A DNA stretch of 64,000 nt from Octopus sinensis (Eukaryota): NCBI RefSeq assembly GCF_006345805.1, contig NC_043012.1:5766001-5830000 (forward strand), given 5' to 3'. This document shows positions 50,805 through 63,197 of this stretch, piece after piece; the first letter of the stretch is position 1, and every line of letters begins with the position of its first letter. A program made the position numbers and the translations under genes. Below the pieces are notes generated by a model that was not told the origin of the DNA, ran no database searches, and saw nothing but the letters and a program-made list of their open reading frames with translations.

Positions 50805-51050
50805 TCATCATCATCATTTAACGTTCAACCAGGGTCTGGTAAGCCATGGAGGCTTCACCAGGCTCCAGTCTGATTTGGCAGTGTTTCTACAGCTGGATGC
50901 CCTTCCTAACGCCAACCACTCCATGAGTGTAGTGGGTGTTTTTTACGTGCCACTGGCACAGGGGCCCAGAACAGGCTGGCAAACAGCCACGATCGGTTGG
51001 TGCTTTTACATGTCACCAACACGGACTCCAGTCAGGCGGTGCTGGCATAC
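50805..51050 (-). mobile_element. Family C SINE inverted relative to 50412-50770
   Basis: (ATC)n then reverse-complement family C sequence. Confidence 0.8.
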
Positions 51051-51209
51051 CAGTAATATATTGGTACGACCCAAGCCATTGTTGTTGATATACTGAGGTA
51101 ACTTAATTATTTATTGCTAATAATATCCCAGTAATATATTCTTATTGATTGACTTGGTTATATCTCTTCCACCATAAATATTAGCTGTGTTGTCATTATT
51201 AAATAATTG

Positions 51210-51710
51210 TAAAGCAGAAAGCTCACAGAATTGTTAGCCAACCGGGCAAAATGCTTAGCAGTATTTCGTCTGCCACTACGTTCTGAGTTTAAGTTCCACT
51301 AAGGTCAACTTTGCCTTTCATCCTTTCGGGGTCGATAAATTAAGTACCAGTTGCGTACTGGGGTTGATGTAATCGACCAGTCCCCTCTCACCAAAATTTG
51401 AGGCCTTGTGCTTCCTGTAGGAAGGATTATTAAATCATTACAAAGCAGCAAGCTGGCAGAACCGTTAGCCTGGCAGGCAAAATACTTAGCCATATATCGT
51501 TTGTCTTTATGTTCTGAGTTCTAATTCTGCTGAGGTCGACTTCGCTTTTCATCTTTTCGGGGTCGATGATATAAGTATCAGTGGTGCACTGGGGTCAATG
51601 TAATTGACTTGCGCACCCCCCAAATTGCAGGCCTTGCGCCTATAGTAGAAAGGATTATTAAATTATTGTAAGGCAGTGAGCTGGCAGAGTCATTAGAACA
51701 CTGGACAAAA
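51210..51710 (+). mobile_element. Chain of family B SINEs
   Basis: Heads at ~51215, 51445 and 51672. Confidence 0.8.
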
Positions 51711-51738
51711 TGCCCCATGGTATTTCATCCAGCCTCTG

Positions 51739-51769
<31 letters not shown>

Positions 51770-52096
51770 TGTGTGTGTGTGTGTTACTATCTCGTTGCCT
51801 CAATAGTTGAGAACGAGCGTCACCTTCATGCAAGCGGTGTCTTTTGTTTCCAATCTTCTGCGGAAATATTACTGGCAATGATGAAATATTACCCTTACTT
51901 GGAAACCGATGAGAATTGGTAACAGGAAGGGAATCCAGCCATAGAAAACCACCCTCTCGGCAAATTCTACCTGACCAAAGCAAGCGTGGAAAAGTGGATG
52001 CTAAATGATGATGGTGATCATCATCATTGTTTAATGTAGGGCTGTGGAGTCGAAACAAAAAACTTCAACTCTGTCTCTGACTTCTTCATGTAATTA

Positions 52097-52557
52097 CCGT
52101 AAATCCTTGAGTATAATATGCAGGGGATTTTTAGGGGGCTGCACCTCTCAAAAAAACCTAAACCTTGTGTATAATATGCACCCCTTCTCTAACTTGAGTC
52201 AAGGAGGTCTATATAATGTCTTTGGTTTGTAAAAATGTATACAGTAACGTCCTTTATTATTATTGTATATATAACATAATGCAAACGTGTAACTTTTTTG
52301 TGCATTTTGTTTGTAGAAAATAAAGAAATAACAGTAATAACGTTTAATAAATGTTGCTTACTGCAAGTTATGGATGATTCTTTTATGACTTCATTGCTTT
52401 CAGGCTTAGCTTAAGGTATTTTCGCACCGGACAACAAATAGTCTTGGACATTGCTTAGAAAATAATTTTCATTTTTAACCTCGTATATAGTAGGCACTAG
52501 GGATTTTGACCTTTAAATTTTGGGAAAAATATGCGGATTATACTCAAGGATTTACGG
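52097..52557. mobile_element. Tc1/mariner-superfamily (Tc2/pogo-like) MITE
   Basis: Perfect 21-bp TIRs CCGTAAATCCTTGAGTATAAT / ATTATACTCAAGGATTTACGG, with TA on both sides. Confidence 0.9.
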
Positions 52558-52946
52558 TAAGTGATTGAGGTCTGTTTTACCGACCCCAACTCCAGCTACC
52601 CCTTAATTGTTTCTCCTGGTTTAATGTCCCCTTTTCATGCTGGCATGAGTTGGGCGGTTTGACATGGAGCATGCTAGCAGGGTGCTGTCCAGACTCCAAC
52701 TGTCAGTTGTGGAATGGTTTCTATGCCTGGATGCCCTTCCACTAATGCCAACCACCTAGCAGAGTGTGTTGAGTGCTTTTTATGTGCCACTGGATGATGT
52801 TGACTTAGAAACGTTCTACATTCTTGACAGATTTAGGCAAAGTGTCATTAAACTATAGAAAGCCTGGAGACACTTTATTAAAAATTTACACTATAAATTC
52901 TTACAGAAATTAAGAATATATTGGATGCAGTCTTTTTATATTTATA

Positions 52947-53343
52947 CTAGCAGTATCGCCCGGCGTTGCTCGGGTTTGTAAGGGAAATAACTATATAAGC
53001 ATTTTTAGAGAGTTATAGCCAAAAATTAGCAAAAAAATGCATTAAAATGGAAAAAAAATGATGGTAAATTTTTTTTTAAATCGTTGACTCATCGTAGACA
53101 TTTTTAGAGAGTTACTTCCCTTATATAATAGCGAAAAAATGCATTAAAATGGAAAAAAATTATGGTAAACTATTAAAATCGTAGACTCATCGTAGACATG
53201 TGCTAATACTCAGAAGGGCTCGATATGAATCACGACTATAAGATACCCGGTTTTGGTTAAACTGCACCGCAAAATGTGTGAGTAGTTAGGAATCTAAATC
53301 GTAGGAGACAGACAGCACACAACCTCACTTTTATATATAAAGA
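52947..53343 (-). mobile_element. Non-autonomous Helitron, 397 bp
   Basis: Minus strand A|TC...hairpin CCCGAGCAACGCCGGG...CTAG|T; inserted between A and T; internal ~100-bp direct duplication. Confidence 0.88.
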
Positions 53344-54326
53344 TTAATAAATAATAATTGATGTAAATCAATTGTTGTTCATCAATGTTAAATCTATTTT
53401 CTGTTTTCTTTAAATTTTGATTCCTGATAAATTCCTGTTTATCCTTGGCTTTACCTACAATTTATGAGCATAGCATTTTTGCCCATGTTTAAATAGAGGT
53501 AATATACTGGTAGTATTTCGGTAGTAATTCCTTAGATGGTTATTTTCACCTCTAACTCAACTAACCTTATATATTACCTTTAATTATTTTGAGGCCCTTG
53601 CAGACTGTGAGTCCCTAAGTTATCACTTGTTTAGCTTATACCTAAATCTTGGGCCAGTTCTAGTCATATTGATCTTCCTGCTCTAAGAACGGCGCTGTCA
53701 CTCCTCCTTCCTGACCAAATGTAGTCTTCTACCTCTAGAGAAATAGTTATTACTCATACCATAACCATCAATAGGATTATTTTTAGAAATAGTCTTTTTC
53801 GTTTACTGAATATTTTTTTCTTTTACATTTTAATTCCAAATATAGTATTCATTAAAACATGTTTTTTTTCTTATTTCATCCAATTGTTCAATATATTTTC
53901 ATTGTTTCTTCAATGCCGGTCTCCACCTCCACCTCCATCTTCCCTACCATCATCACGACCTCCACCACCAACATCTCTGCTCCCACCTTCCTATCACCCC
54001 TTCCACCACGTTCTTTACTAACCACAACCACCACATTCCAACTGATCATTGTTGAATTAAAACATACTTCACTGACTTTTCCTATATAACAGTGAAAAAA
54101 TATACTCTATATATTGATAAAAAAATAATTATATAAATGTTATTTGATAAAAAAAAAATTATTGTTGTTATTTTTGTTGTTATTGTTATTAGTGGTTTCA
54201 AATTTTGGTACAAGGCCAGCAATTTTGGAGGAAGGGTAGGTGAAGCACATCAACATCTGTACTCAACATGTACTTATTTTACCCCACCCCCAAAGGATGA
54301 AAGGCAAAGTTGATTATTATTATTAT

Positions 54327-54883
54327 GGAGTGAGAGAGCAGAGCATGCCATCAAAGTGACACTGGGGTAAAAATATATAAAGCCCAGTATATCCATCATG
54401 ACTACCTGCCTGATAAGGGTACACCAGGCACATGCATCACAACTATATGTGCACAACATAGTGATCTCATATCTAGATAAACAGCGCATGACCTTGCAGG
54501 TGGGGCCCAGTTAGAATTTTCTTCTGGTCGAGTAGCCCATCCCGCTCAAAAGGTCCCTGAATAAGGATTGTTTAAGGATGTTGAACGAACCATCCATGTT
54601 TCCAAAGGTGAATTATCCAAACCCCAAAGAATTCCTCTCAACACATGGCTATGGTGCTCCCCCACTTCTTCTGCTCATGATCAGAGATGCACATATCGTC
54701 AGCCACCAAGGGACATGCTCAACTGGTTATGGTCAAACAACTGACAGGAAAATCTGTGGTATTGAGCAGAATATTTGCTGTAGCCCTTCTTTTATACCAA
54801 CACAAAACAATGTACATGATAACACTTCCAATCAGTTAAGATCAGAAGCCATGAGAGCCACTGCCTGGGACTGCATCAGGGCA
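54327..54883. mobile_element. Family H copy 3
   Basis: Same ends as copies 1 and 2; embedded in (ATT)n. Confidence 0.8.
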
Positions 54884-56539
54884 TTTATTATTATTATTAT
54901 TATTAAGGCAGAATCATTAACATGTCAGGCAAAATGCTTGGTGGCAATTCATCCACCCCTATGTTCCGTGTTCAGATTCCACCAAGGTCGACTTTACCTT
55001 CCATTCCTTTGGGATCAATACATTAAGTTACCAGTCAATCACTGGGGGTGGGAGTGATGAAATGGACTAGCCCCACCCTCCAAATTTTAGGCCTTGTAGA
55101 ATGGATATTATGGTCAGCTGGTAGATCATTGGCACATTAAAGTGTTTAGTGGCATTTTTTCTGCTTGGTATCTGAGGACACCTTTGCTTTTCATTCTTTT
55201 GGGGTTGATAAAATAAATGCCAGTAAAGTACCCGGGGGAGAGAGGTGTTATCAACTTTCTCTTCCCCTTGTGTGCCAGAATGATTATTATTACTAAAAAA
55301 GCAAACCAAAACCATTGACCAACATCAAATTTACCAGTTTGACATATATCCTCTCCTCCAATGCCAAATCCTCTCTCAGAGGATTATTGTCTTGCAAGTT
55401 CCTTGGTGACCCTGAAAGTGTTGGTGCCATGCAAGTCCTTACTGTAAAGAGGTTGGGGTTTAGAAGGACATCCAACTGTAAAAACTATGCCAAAACTGAC
55501 CTCGCCTGTGCTGGTGCCGCGTAAAATGCACTTAGTCCACTCTGCTGGGTGGTTGGTGTTAGGAAGAGCATCCAGCTGTAAAAGCCCTGTGAAACCGTCC
55601 AACCCATGCTAGCATGGATGGCGGATATTAAATGATGATGATGATGATATAATGAAATTTCCTGTTACAACAATCGATAAGGGATCTAGTACAGACTGTT
55701 GGGTAGAATGTGCTACAATACTTGCCCTGAATCTCTGCACACTGGGTTCAAATCGCACAGAGGTTAACTTTGCCCTTCATCTTTACCGAGTTATTAGAAT
55801 GCTGGTACAGTTCTCTCTCTCTCTCTCCCTCGTCTCTTTCTTTCTCCAGTTGTCACATGTCAGATCTTCCACTGGGTCAGAGGGTGGTGGGAGGGGAAAG
55901 AGAGGTGTCTGTATTTTCTTGCAGCTGCATGGGTTCCTAAAACAATTAGCTGAGGCATGGTACACATTACGGAGTCCTCCTCGATTGCAACTGACAGCCA
56001 CAGTTTATATCTATACACACACACACAAACACACCCCTACATAAATAGATACATACGCAAGCACACATGCACACACATGCATACATACACATATGTTAAT
56101 GTTATATTTGTATTTAATGTGCGTGTGTGTATGCACACATACACACACATGCATACATACATAGCTACACACACACACACACACATACACATATATACAT
56201 ACTTATACATATGTTATATATGTATGTAATGTGTGTGTGTGTGTGTGTGTGTGTATGTAAATGCACTTACACACACACACACGCATGCATATGAAGTGAA
56301 AAGAAGCATCTGACTCATTCAGAGACTATATTTAGCTTGTTTTTTTTTTGTATATTAATTATTTAGATTTTTCTTTTTCAAAGCTTTCTGTGTATTTTTT
56401 GTCTAAAAAAAAAACTCTACTAACGATATCAAAAATAGAACCACAGGAATGGTATTAATAATCACAATGGTTCCTTCATTTATAAGCACAAGGCCATAGT
56501 TTCTTGAGGGGTGAGTAAGGAGAAATACACTACATTACA

Positions 56540-56995
56540 TTGGTCTCAAATTTTGGCACAAGGCCAGCAATTTTGGGGGTGGAGTGGGGTGGAGGATGTA
56601 AGTTGATTACATCAACCCCAGTACTCAATTAGTACTTATTTTTCCGACCCCAAAAGGATGAAAGCCAAAATCGATTCCCAGCGGAATTTGAACTCAGAAT
56701 GTAAAGCCGGAAGAAATGGTGCTGAGCATTTTGTCCCTCATGGTGAAGATTCTGCCTGCTTCCCACTTAATAATAGTAATTCTTTCAACTGGAAGCACAG
56801 GGCCTCAAATTTTGGGGAAGGGATTAAGTCGATTACATCGACCCCAGTGTGTAACTGGTACTTATTTAATCAACCCCAAAAAAGGCCAAGTCGACCTTGG
56901 TGGAATTTGAACTCAGAACATAGCGGCAGACAAAATACCGCTAAGTATTTCGTCCGGCATGCTAACGATTCTGCCAGCTCACTGCCTTAATAGTA

Positions 56996-57031
<36 letters not shown>

Positions 57032-57200
57032 GTTTCAAATTTTGGTACAAGGACAGCAGTTTTGTGGGGAACAGGTAAATCAATTACATTGACCCCCAAC
57101 ACTCAACTGATATTTATTTTTCCAACCCTGGAAGGATGAATGGCAAAGTTAGCTGACCATAGAAGAATTTGAAATGCCACTAAGCATTTTGCCCGGTGTG
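56540..57200 (-). mobile_element. Chain of family B SINEs on the minus strand
   Basis: Reverse-complement cores and heads with (AAT)n spacers. Confidence 0.8.
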
Positions 57201-57334
57201 CTAAATGCAGTACATTATATTGACCCTGTTGTGTAACTGGTATCTCCCTTCACAACTTTCCACTATTTGTACAATAAATCAAGCTGCCTTTGGTGGGGTT
57301 TGAACTCAGATGTGAAAAGAATTTGGCAAGATGT

Positions 57335-57496
57335 TTGCTTCTCAACCACATGGCTCTGAGCTCAGTCCCATTGAGTGGCTTCTTGGATAAGTGTCTTATG
57401 CTTAAACCAGAGATTGACCAAAGCCTTGTCAGTGGATTTGGTTGATGGAAACTAAAATGAAGCCTGTCGTGTGTATGTGTGTGTGTGTGTGTGTGT

Positions 57497-57534
<38 letters not shown>

Positions 57535-57740
57535 CATGTGTGCGTTAGTGTCTCCCTGCCTTGGCATCATATGATAGTTGTAAATGAGTGTCGCCATCAT
57601 GGACAAATATTACCTTACTTCAAAACAAGTGAAGGTTGATGACAGGAAGAGCATCCAGCCATAGAAAATGTACCTCAACAAATTCTATCTGACCCATCCA
57701 AGCATAGAAAAGTAGATGTTAAATGATGATGATGATGATT
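57335..57740 (+). mobile_element. SINE family F, near full length
   Basis: Family A-type head and core, (TG)n, F body, GACAGGAAGAGCATCCAGCC...(GAT)n tail. Confidence 0.75.
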
Positions 57741-57903
57741 TAGTAGAAGCCCAAAATGGCTGTGAATTTTGATGGAGGTGCACAGTAGATTAAATTGAGC
57801 TTTGGTTCTTGATTGCCACTATGTTTGATTGACCTTCTTCATAAGAATGAAAGGCTAAAATTGGCCTTGGTGGGATTTGAAGTCAGAACGTAAAGGTACT
57901 TTA

Positions 57904-58128
57904 CCCATTAAGTCCCAGAGTATTTAAATTTCTGAATATTACTTTAAAATTTTTACAAATGATTGAAAACAGGTTAAAATGAAAAAAAAATTATTATTAA
58001 AACTCCTTTACTTCAAGTAGAAATGGAAATACTCGGTGTCCTACAAATAGGACACTGAGACAATGTGATATAGCTTATTTAAGGATTTCATTTAGTGTCC
58101 TATTTATAGGACAGTGGGACTTAATGGG
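57904..58128. mobile_element. piggyBac-like MITE with TTTA target
   Basis: TIR CCCATTAAGTCCCA / TGGGACTTAATGGG with TTTA on both flanks; two internal palindromes GTGTCCTA-N4-TAGGACA(C/G). Confidence 0.8.
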
Positions 58129-59431
58129 TTTACTAAATACCTGATTATACAGGACTCCTTGTTTATAGTTTTAACTCTGTATCCTTCAGATTACTCTCTC
58201 AAATGTAATGCTTTATTTATTTATTCACATTGTTTTGAATTAATCATGCATTATCTTGTAGCTTCAAGATTTTGATGATGTGATTGCTTAGAATGACATT
58301 GTAGGGTAGGTGAGAGAAGCCAGATCTTGCTGGTTTAAACATAAAATAGGTAGAGTATCATGGCCAGTTTAGATGTTAAAAAATTTAACTAGTAGGACAT
58401 CATTTGGGGAAGACATGGTTGCTATTTTTCGCATGTCAAGCAATTCGGTTGAGGTTTCTTGTTGTTAGTCTTCACCCCCAGGTCAGCCCTGATTAAGTAG
58501 GCCTATAATCAAAAGCACTCATGCCATGACCTTCCCATTAAATAAATATTAGGCACAATGCATCTAGAACTATATCATCCAGTTTGTCCTTCCTTTTATT
58601 TTAAAACAGTAGAGTCTAATTGGAGGAAGATTTAGCTGATATTTCTAGCAAGGTGATCAACCATGTAGAGGCTCTTTCTTTGGTTTCTGTTAGTGAAAGC
58701 TTTGGATTTTTCAACTGTTAATCTAATATTTTAAAGTTCATGTCTATATTAGTACACATTTTATTTAGTTCAATCACCAGATGTCATGAAGTACTCTATT
58801 TCGACACTGATACATGTTTTTGATAAGTGTTAAAGATGCATACACGCACAGGATATGCAATATGCATGTGCACACACACACATGCACATGTGCACGCTCA
58901 TACAAATGATATTCAGTACACACACACTTTACGTTCAGTGTAACAGTTTGTTGGTTTTATAGTCAACAGCTGATGAAAAGAAACACCCATCCCTCTGACC
59001 TTATGTGTGTGTGTGTGTAGCTAGGTGTGTGTGTGTGTGTGTGTGTATGGATGGCTAGGTGGGTGTGGTGGGGTTATATGTACGAATGAGTGGGGATACT
59101 TGTAGTAATGTAAGAAATTATATTTATTTAAATGTGCATTGTTAGTGATGAGAGCGCTCTATCTAAATAACTAATTCTGATCAAATGGGTAAGGGAGACA
59201 ACCCTGAAATTTTAATAACCATATTTTCTGGCTTACAAGTTGACATAATATATAGTGTAAACATGTAGTGTAAACATTCAAACATTACCACTATCTTTCC
59301 AAAATCATTTTGGTGTAAAAGTTGAGCTATCGTGTTTTGGCTGTAAATTTTGGCCTAGCATCCATTTTCCATGCTGTCATGGGTTGGATGGTTTGACTGG
59401 AACTGCCAAGCCAGAGATTTGTACCAGGCTG

Positions 59432-59464
<33 letters not shown>

Positions 59465-59467
<3 letters not shown>

Positions 59468-59785
59468 CACCTTGGGCAAGTGTCTTCCACCATAGCCTTG
59501 GGTCAATCAAAGCTTTGTGGGTGGATTTGGCAAATGGAAACTAAAAGAAGCCTGTCATATATATGAGTGTGTGTGTGTGTTTGTCTCTGCCCCTATCACC
59601 ACTTGACAACTGGTGTTGGTGTGTTTACATCCCTGTAACTTAGCAGTTTGGCCAGAGTAACCAATAGAATAAGTATTAGGCTTAAAAAAAGTCCTGGGGT
59701 CACTTTGTTCAACTAAAAGCCTTCATGTTAGTGCACCAGCATGGCCAATCAAATGACTGAAACAGGTAAAAAAAAATAAAAGAAT
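59465..59785 (+). mobile_element. 5'-truncated family A SINE
   Basis: Starts at CCTTGGGCAAGTG. Confidence 0.85.
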
Positions 59786-59824
59786 ATATGTGACTGGTTT
59801 CCAAAATTTTTTCTCTTTTGTCCC

Positions 59825-60017
59825 TTTTATTCTTTTACTTGTTTCAGTCATTTGACTGTGGCCATGATGGAGCACTGCTTTTAATCAAACAAATCGACCC
59901 CAGGACTTATTCTTTGTAAGTCTAGTAATTCTATCGGTCACTTTTGCTGAACTGCAAAGTTACAGGGATGTAAACACACCAACATCAGTTGTCAAGCGAT
60001 GATGGGGGGGGGGACAA

Positions 60018-60048
<31 letters not shown>

Positions 60049-60253
60049 TACACACACACACACAAACATACACACACACACACACACACACATATATGAT
60101 GGGCTTCTTTCAGTTTCTGCCTACAAAATCCACTCACAAAGCTTTGGTCAGCCCAAGGTTATAGTAGAAGACACTTGCCCAAGGTGCCATGCAGTGGGAC
60201 TGAACCCAGAACCATGTGGTTGGTAAGCAAGCTACCTACCACACAGCCACTCT
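59825..60253 (-). mobile_element. Family A SINE, tail to tail with the preceding copy
   Basis: Reverse-complement full element. Confidence 0.88.
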
Positions 60254-61043
60254 TGTGTCCACAGCTGTGTTAGAAGACAATTGCCCAAGTTGCCACATGG
60301 TGGAACTGAAACCAAATCCATGTGGTTGCAAAGTGAGCTTCTTAACCACACAGCTATGCCTTCAAAATTTCTTCAAACATGTGGCTTTACCAATGACCAA
60401 GGTATACTTGGTCAGGCTTCCATATAACAATCCTATTGTTATGTGTGCCTCTGTGGTGTGTATGTTCTGCATATTGTTTTCTCTCTCATCCTTTCTCTAA
60501 ATCCTTTTTCTCCCCTTCACCATTTTCTGTCTATCTGTCTGTCTCTCCCCCTCTTTCTCCTTTACTCTCTCGTTGCTCACACGTGACCATCATCCATCTT
60601 TCTTTTCCTCGCATGATCATCTTTTCTTTCAGGGCTGTCCTAAAGACTGGACATATCCTATATCTTGCTCTTCTATCTTTTCTCTTGTCAAAGAAAATAT
60701 TTCTCCAGCGTTCACTATTTTACCCTCGTTCTGGTCTGACGACCATCCACTTTTGTTTTTGTTCGGTTTCCTTGTATGTCTCCACTGTCCTGTTTTTGTT
60801 CCCAACTCTGACCCTCCATAAATTCAAAATTTTATTTTGGTACTTATGGGAGCAACCGTCAAAACTCATATTGCCATTCAATGAGCCAACAGCTAATGAA
60901 GGGTCGCTCTTTATGTTACTTGTCCTGTTTTCCATTTGTTTCTCTCGTTGCTTGCGTATTGAACTCTTTTGTTTTCATATTTTATGTTGTTTACTGTTGG
61001 TGACATCCTGTAGCCATATATGCATATATATGTGTATGTGTGT

Positions 61044-61277
61044 ATTTTATTGTGTCTGGGGAGAGTCTTTCTCTTTTAGTGCTTTATTACTTAACACACT
61101 CACTGGTTTGATTTCCACTCATTTACTTATTTATTTTTTCTAGCAACTATTGAAAAAGTTGCAAGACGCAACAAAATTTTAGAAAAATAAATAAGTAAAT
61201 GAGTGGAAATCAAACCAGTGAGTGTGTTAAATAACAAGGCACTAAAAGAGAACGACTCTCCCCAGACACAATAAAAT
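61044..61277. repeat. Long inverted repeat, ~100-bp arms and ~35-nt loop
   Basis: 61044-61143 versus the reverse complement of 61179-61277 differ at about 6 positions. Confidence 0.92.
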
Positions 61278-62244
61278 ATGCTTCAACACACAAGTTCACA
61301 TAAAGAATCTTGCAAACCAAATGCAAAAACGAAATATATATATATACATGTATAAATAATATATATAAAAACACACCACACACACGTCTTTTTGTGTGTT
61401 ATATGTAACAATAGTTAAATGTTAATTGAAGGATCACCCAACACATTTAAGTAGCATATCACATAAGTTATTTTTTTACAAGGGAAAGGTTGACAGTGAC
61501 TTCAGATCTCTGCAGGTTGATGACTTCTATGTGATGAAGGCGCTAACAACACTTCAGTCTCTCCCTTGTGAAAAACAAATCTGTGTTTGTGTGTGTAAAT
61601 ATATATATACATATACATACATTCATATATATATATATATATATTTCTATGTATGTATGTATGTAATATTGTGTGTGTGTGTGTTTACGCACTTATTCAA
61701 GAGCTGTGAGGATATTAAATTCTTCCTCTGGGATCATTACCACTTGGCTGTTTTTATTGGTTTCTTGTTCTTCTTCCTGCCCCTCTCTTTCTCTCCTCCC
61801 TCTCTCAACTCCCCCATTTCTTTCTCTCCTTTTTTTTTTTTTATCTCACTCTGTATATTTTAATTTATCCAAAATTTCACCGAGATTTAGGAAGGAATGA
61901 AAAAAAAATTCAAAAAAAATTTCCAAAGAATCTGAAAGCAACAAAAACAAATACAAAAAAATTGTTTTTTTTTAAAATTTTATTTATTCACTCATTCAGA
62001 TGCTTGTATGTTCCTTTCTTCCTTTTTTTTTTTAATTTGAATTCCCTAATGAACTGCAAAAAACACTTCATTACATTGTAGGTTAACAACTTCTTTATAA
62101 TCCAGCTTCCGTCTCCTGGGAGTTGCTGGGTTCTAGCCATGGGTTTCATTTCCTTCTCAACTGTATCGTGTTTACAAGTTTTAAATCCCTTACAGAGAAT
62201 GACTGAAAACAAAAACTCAAAAAGGAATGTGTGTGTGTGGTGTG

Positions 62245-62275
<31 letters not shown>

Positions 62276-62808
62276 TGTGTGTGTGTGTGTACATGCTGAA
62301 GGTACAGGCATGTCTTCGTGGTTAAGAAACTTGCTCTGCAACCACTTGGTTTGGGGTTCAGTCACACTGGCCCAAGGTTCCATGCCATATGACTGAAACA
62401 TAGAGGTAAGTGTTGCTGAGTGAGCTTCTTAACCACACATCCAAATTTCCGTGAAAATGGTGTCATTTTAAAAGACACTGGTTTTTGCAATAATTTGGCA
62501 CTTTGTACAACTTCCTACTGCAGTAAGTAACCCGCGGGGTTGGGATTTCTTTCTTCTGTCCTTACCCTCTTCATCAGTGGCCCTGAAAAGGTCATGAATT
62601 CTACTCTTTCTTCTCTGATCTAAATTGTATCTTCTAAAGTTGGCATCAAGATGTCTAGAAGCGCCCATGATGTGTTGAGTACAAGAATGTTTACATTTGT
62701 GATAAAATATCTTCTTGAAGGTTGAAAGAGCAGCACTCTTTTTTTTTAAGCAGGGTCAGAGCTTTCCAAGGTAGAATTACGACCTACTTAAACAGGTTTA
62801 ATAAAACT

Positions 62809-63197
62809 TTGTGAAGCAGAACTTATAAGTTTGTGGAGCTGGATTTATACCCTTGTAAAGCAGTGTTACAACTTTGTGAAGCAAGAGTTACCCATTTGTG
62901 AAGAAAGGGTCGCCCATTTGTGAAGCAGTAGTTGCCTGTTTATGAAGCTGGGGTTACATCTTTTAGAAGTAAAAGTTACACTTTTGTGAAGCAGGGATTT
63001 CAACTTTGTGAAGCTGGAATTTCACCTTTGTGAAGCAGGAATTATAACTTTCCGAAGGGAGGGGTTATACATTTGTGAAGCTTGTATTTTGCCTTTGCGA
63101 AGCAGGGGTTATAACTTTCTGAAATAAGGGTTGATACCTTTTGTGAATCAGGTATTATAAGTTTCAGCTTTCTGAAGAAAGGGGTTATGGCTTTTGA
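62809..63197. repeat. Degenerate 22-bp minisatellite, about 17-18 units, conserved TTGTGAAG core
   Basis: Units at 62809, 62831, 62853, 62874, 62896, 62918, 62940, 62962, 62984, 63006, 63028 and onward. Confidence 0.85.

Noticed and set aside
54578-55057. 159-aa ORF in family H as a protein-coding gene
   Set aside because: Lies within an interspersed repeat; copy 1 has a stop and copies 2 and 3 differ mostly non-synonymously
58960-58995. Hammerhead-like CTGATGA...GAAAC (and CTAATGAAG at ~60892)
   Set aside because: No stem II and no downstream partner for stem I; core incomplete
62566-62713. Minus-strand 148-nt candidate exon (AAG acceptor, AGG|GTAAGG donor) whose KSRIHDLFR recalls the spectraplakin EF-hand KSRxxD(L/F)FR
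   Set aside because: Flanking residues do not match spectraplakins as I recall them and the match is only about 9 aa; needs BLASTX or RNA-seq
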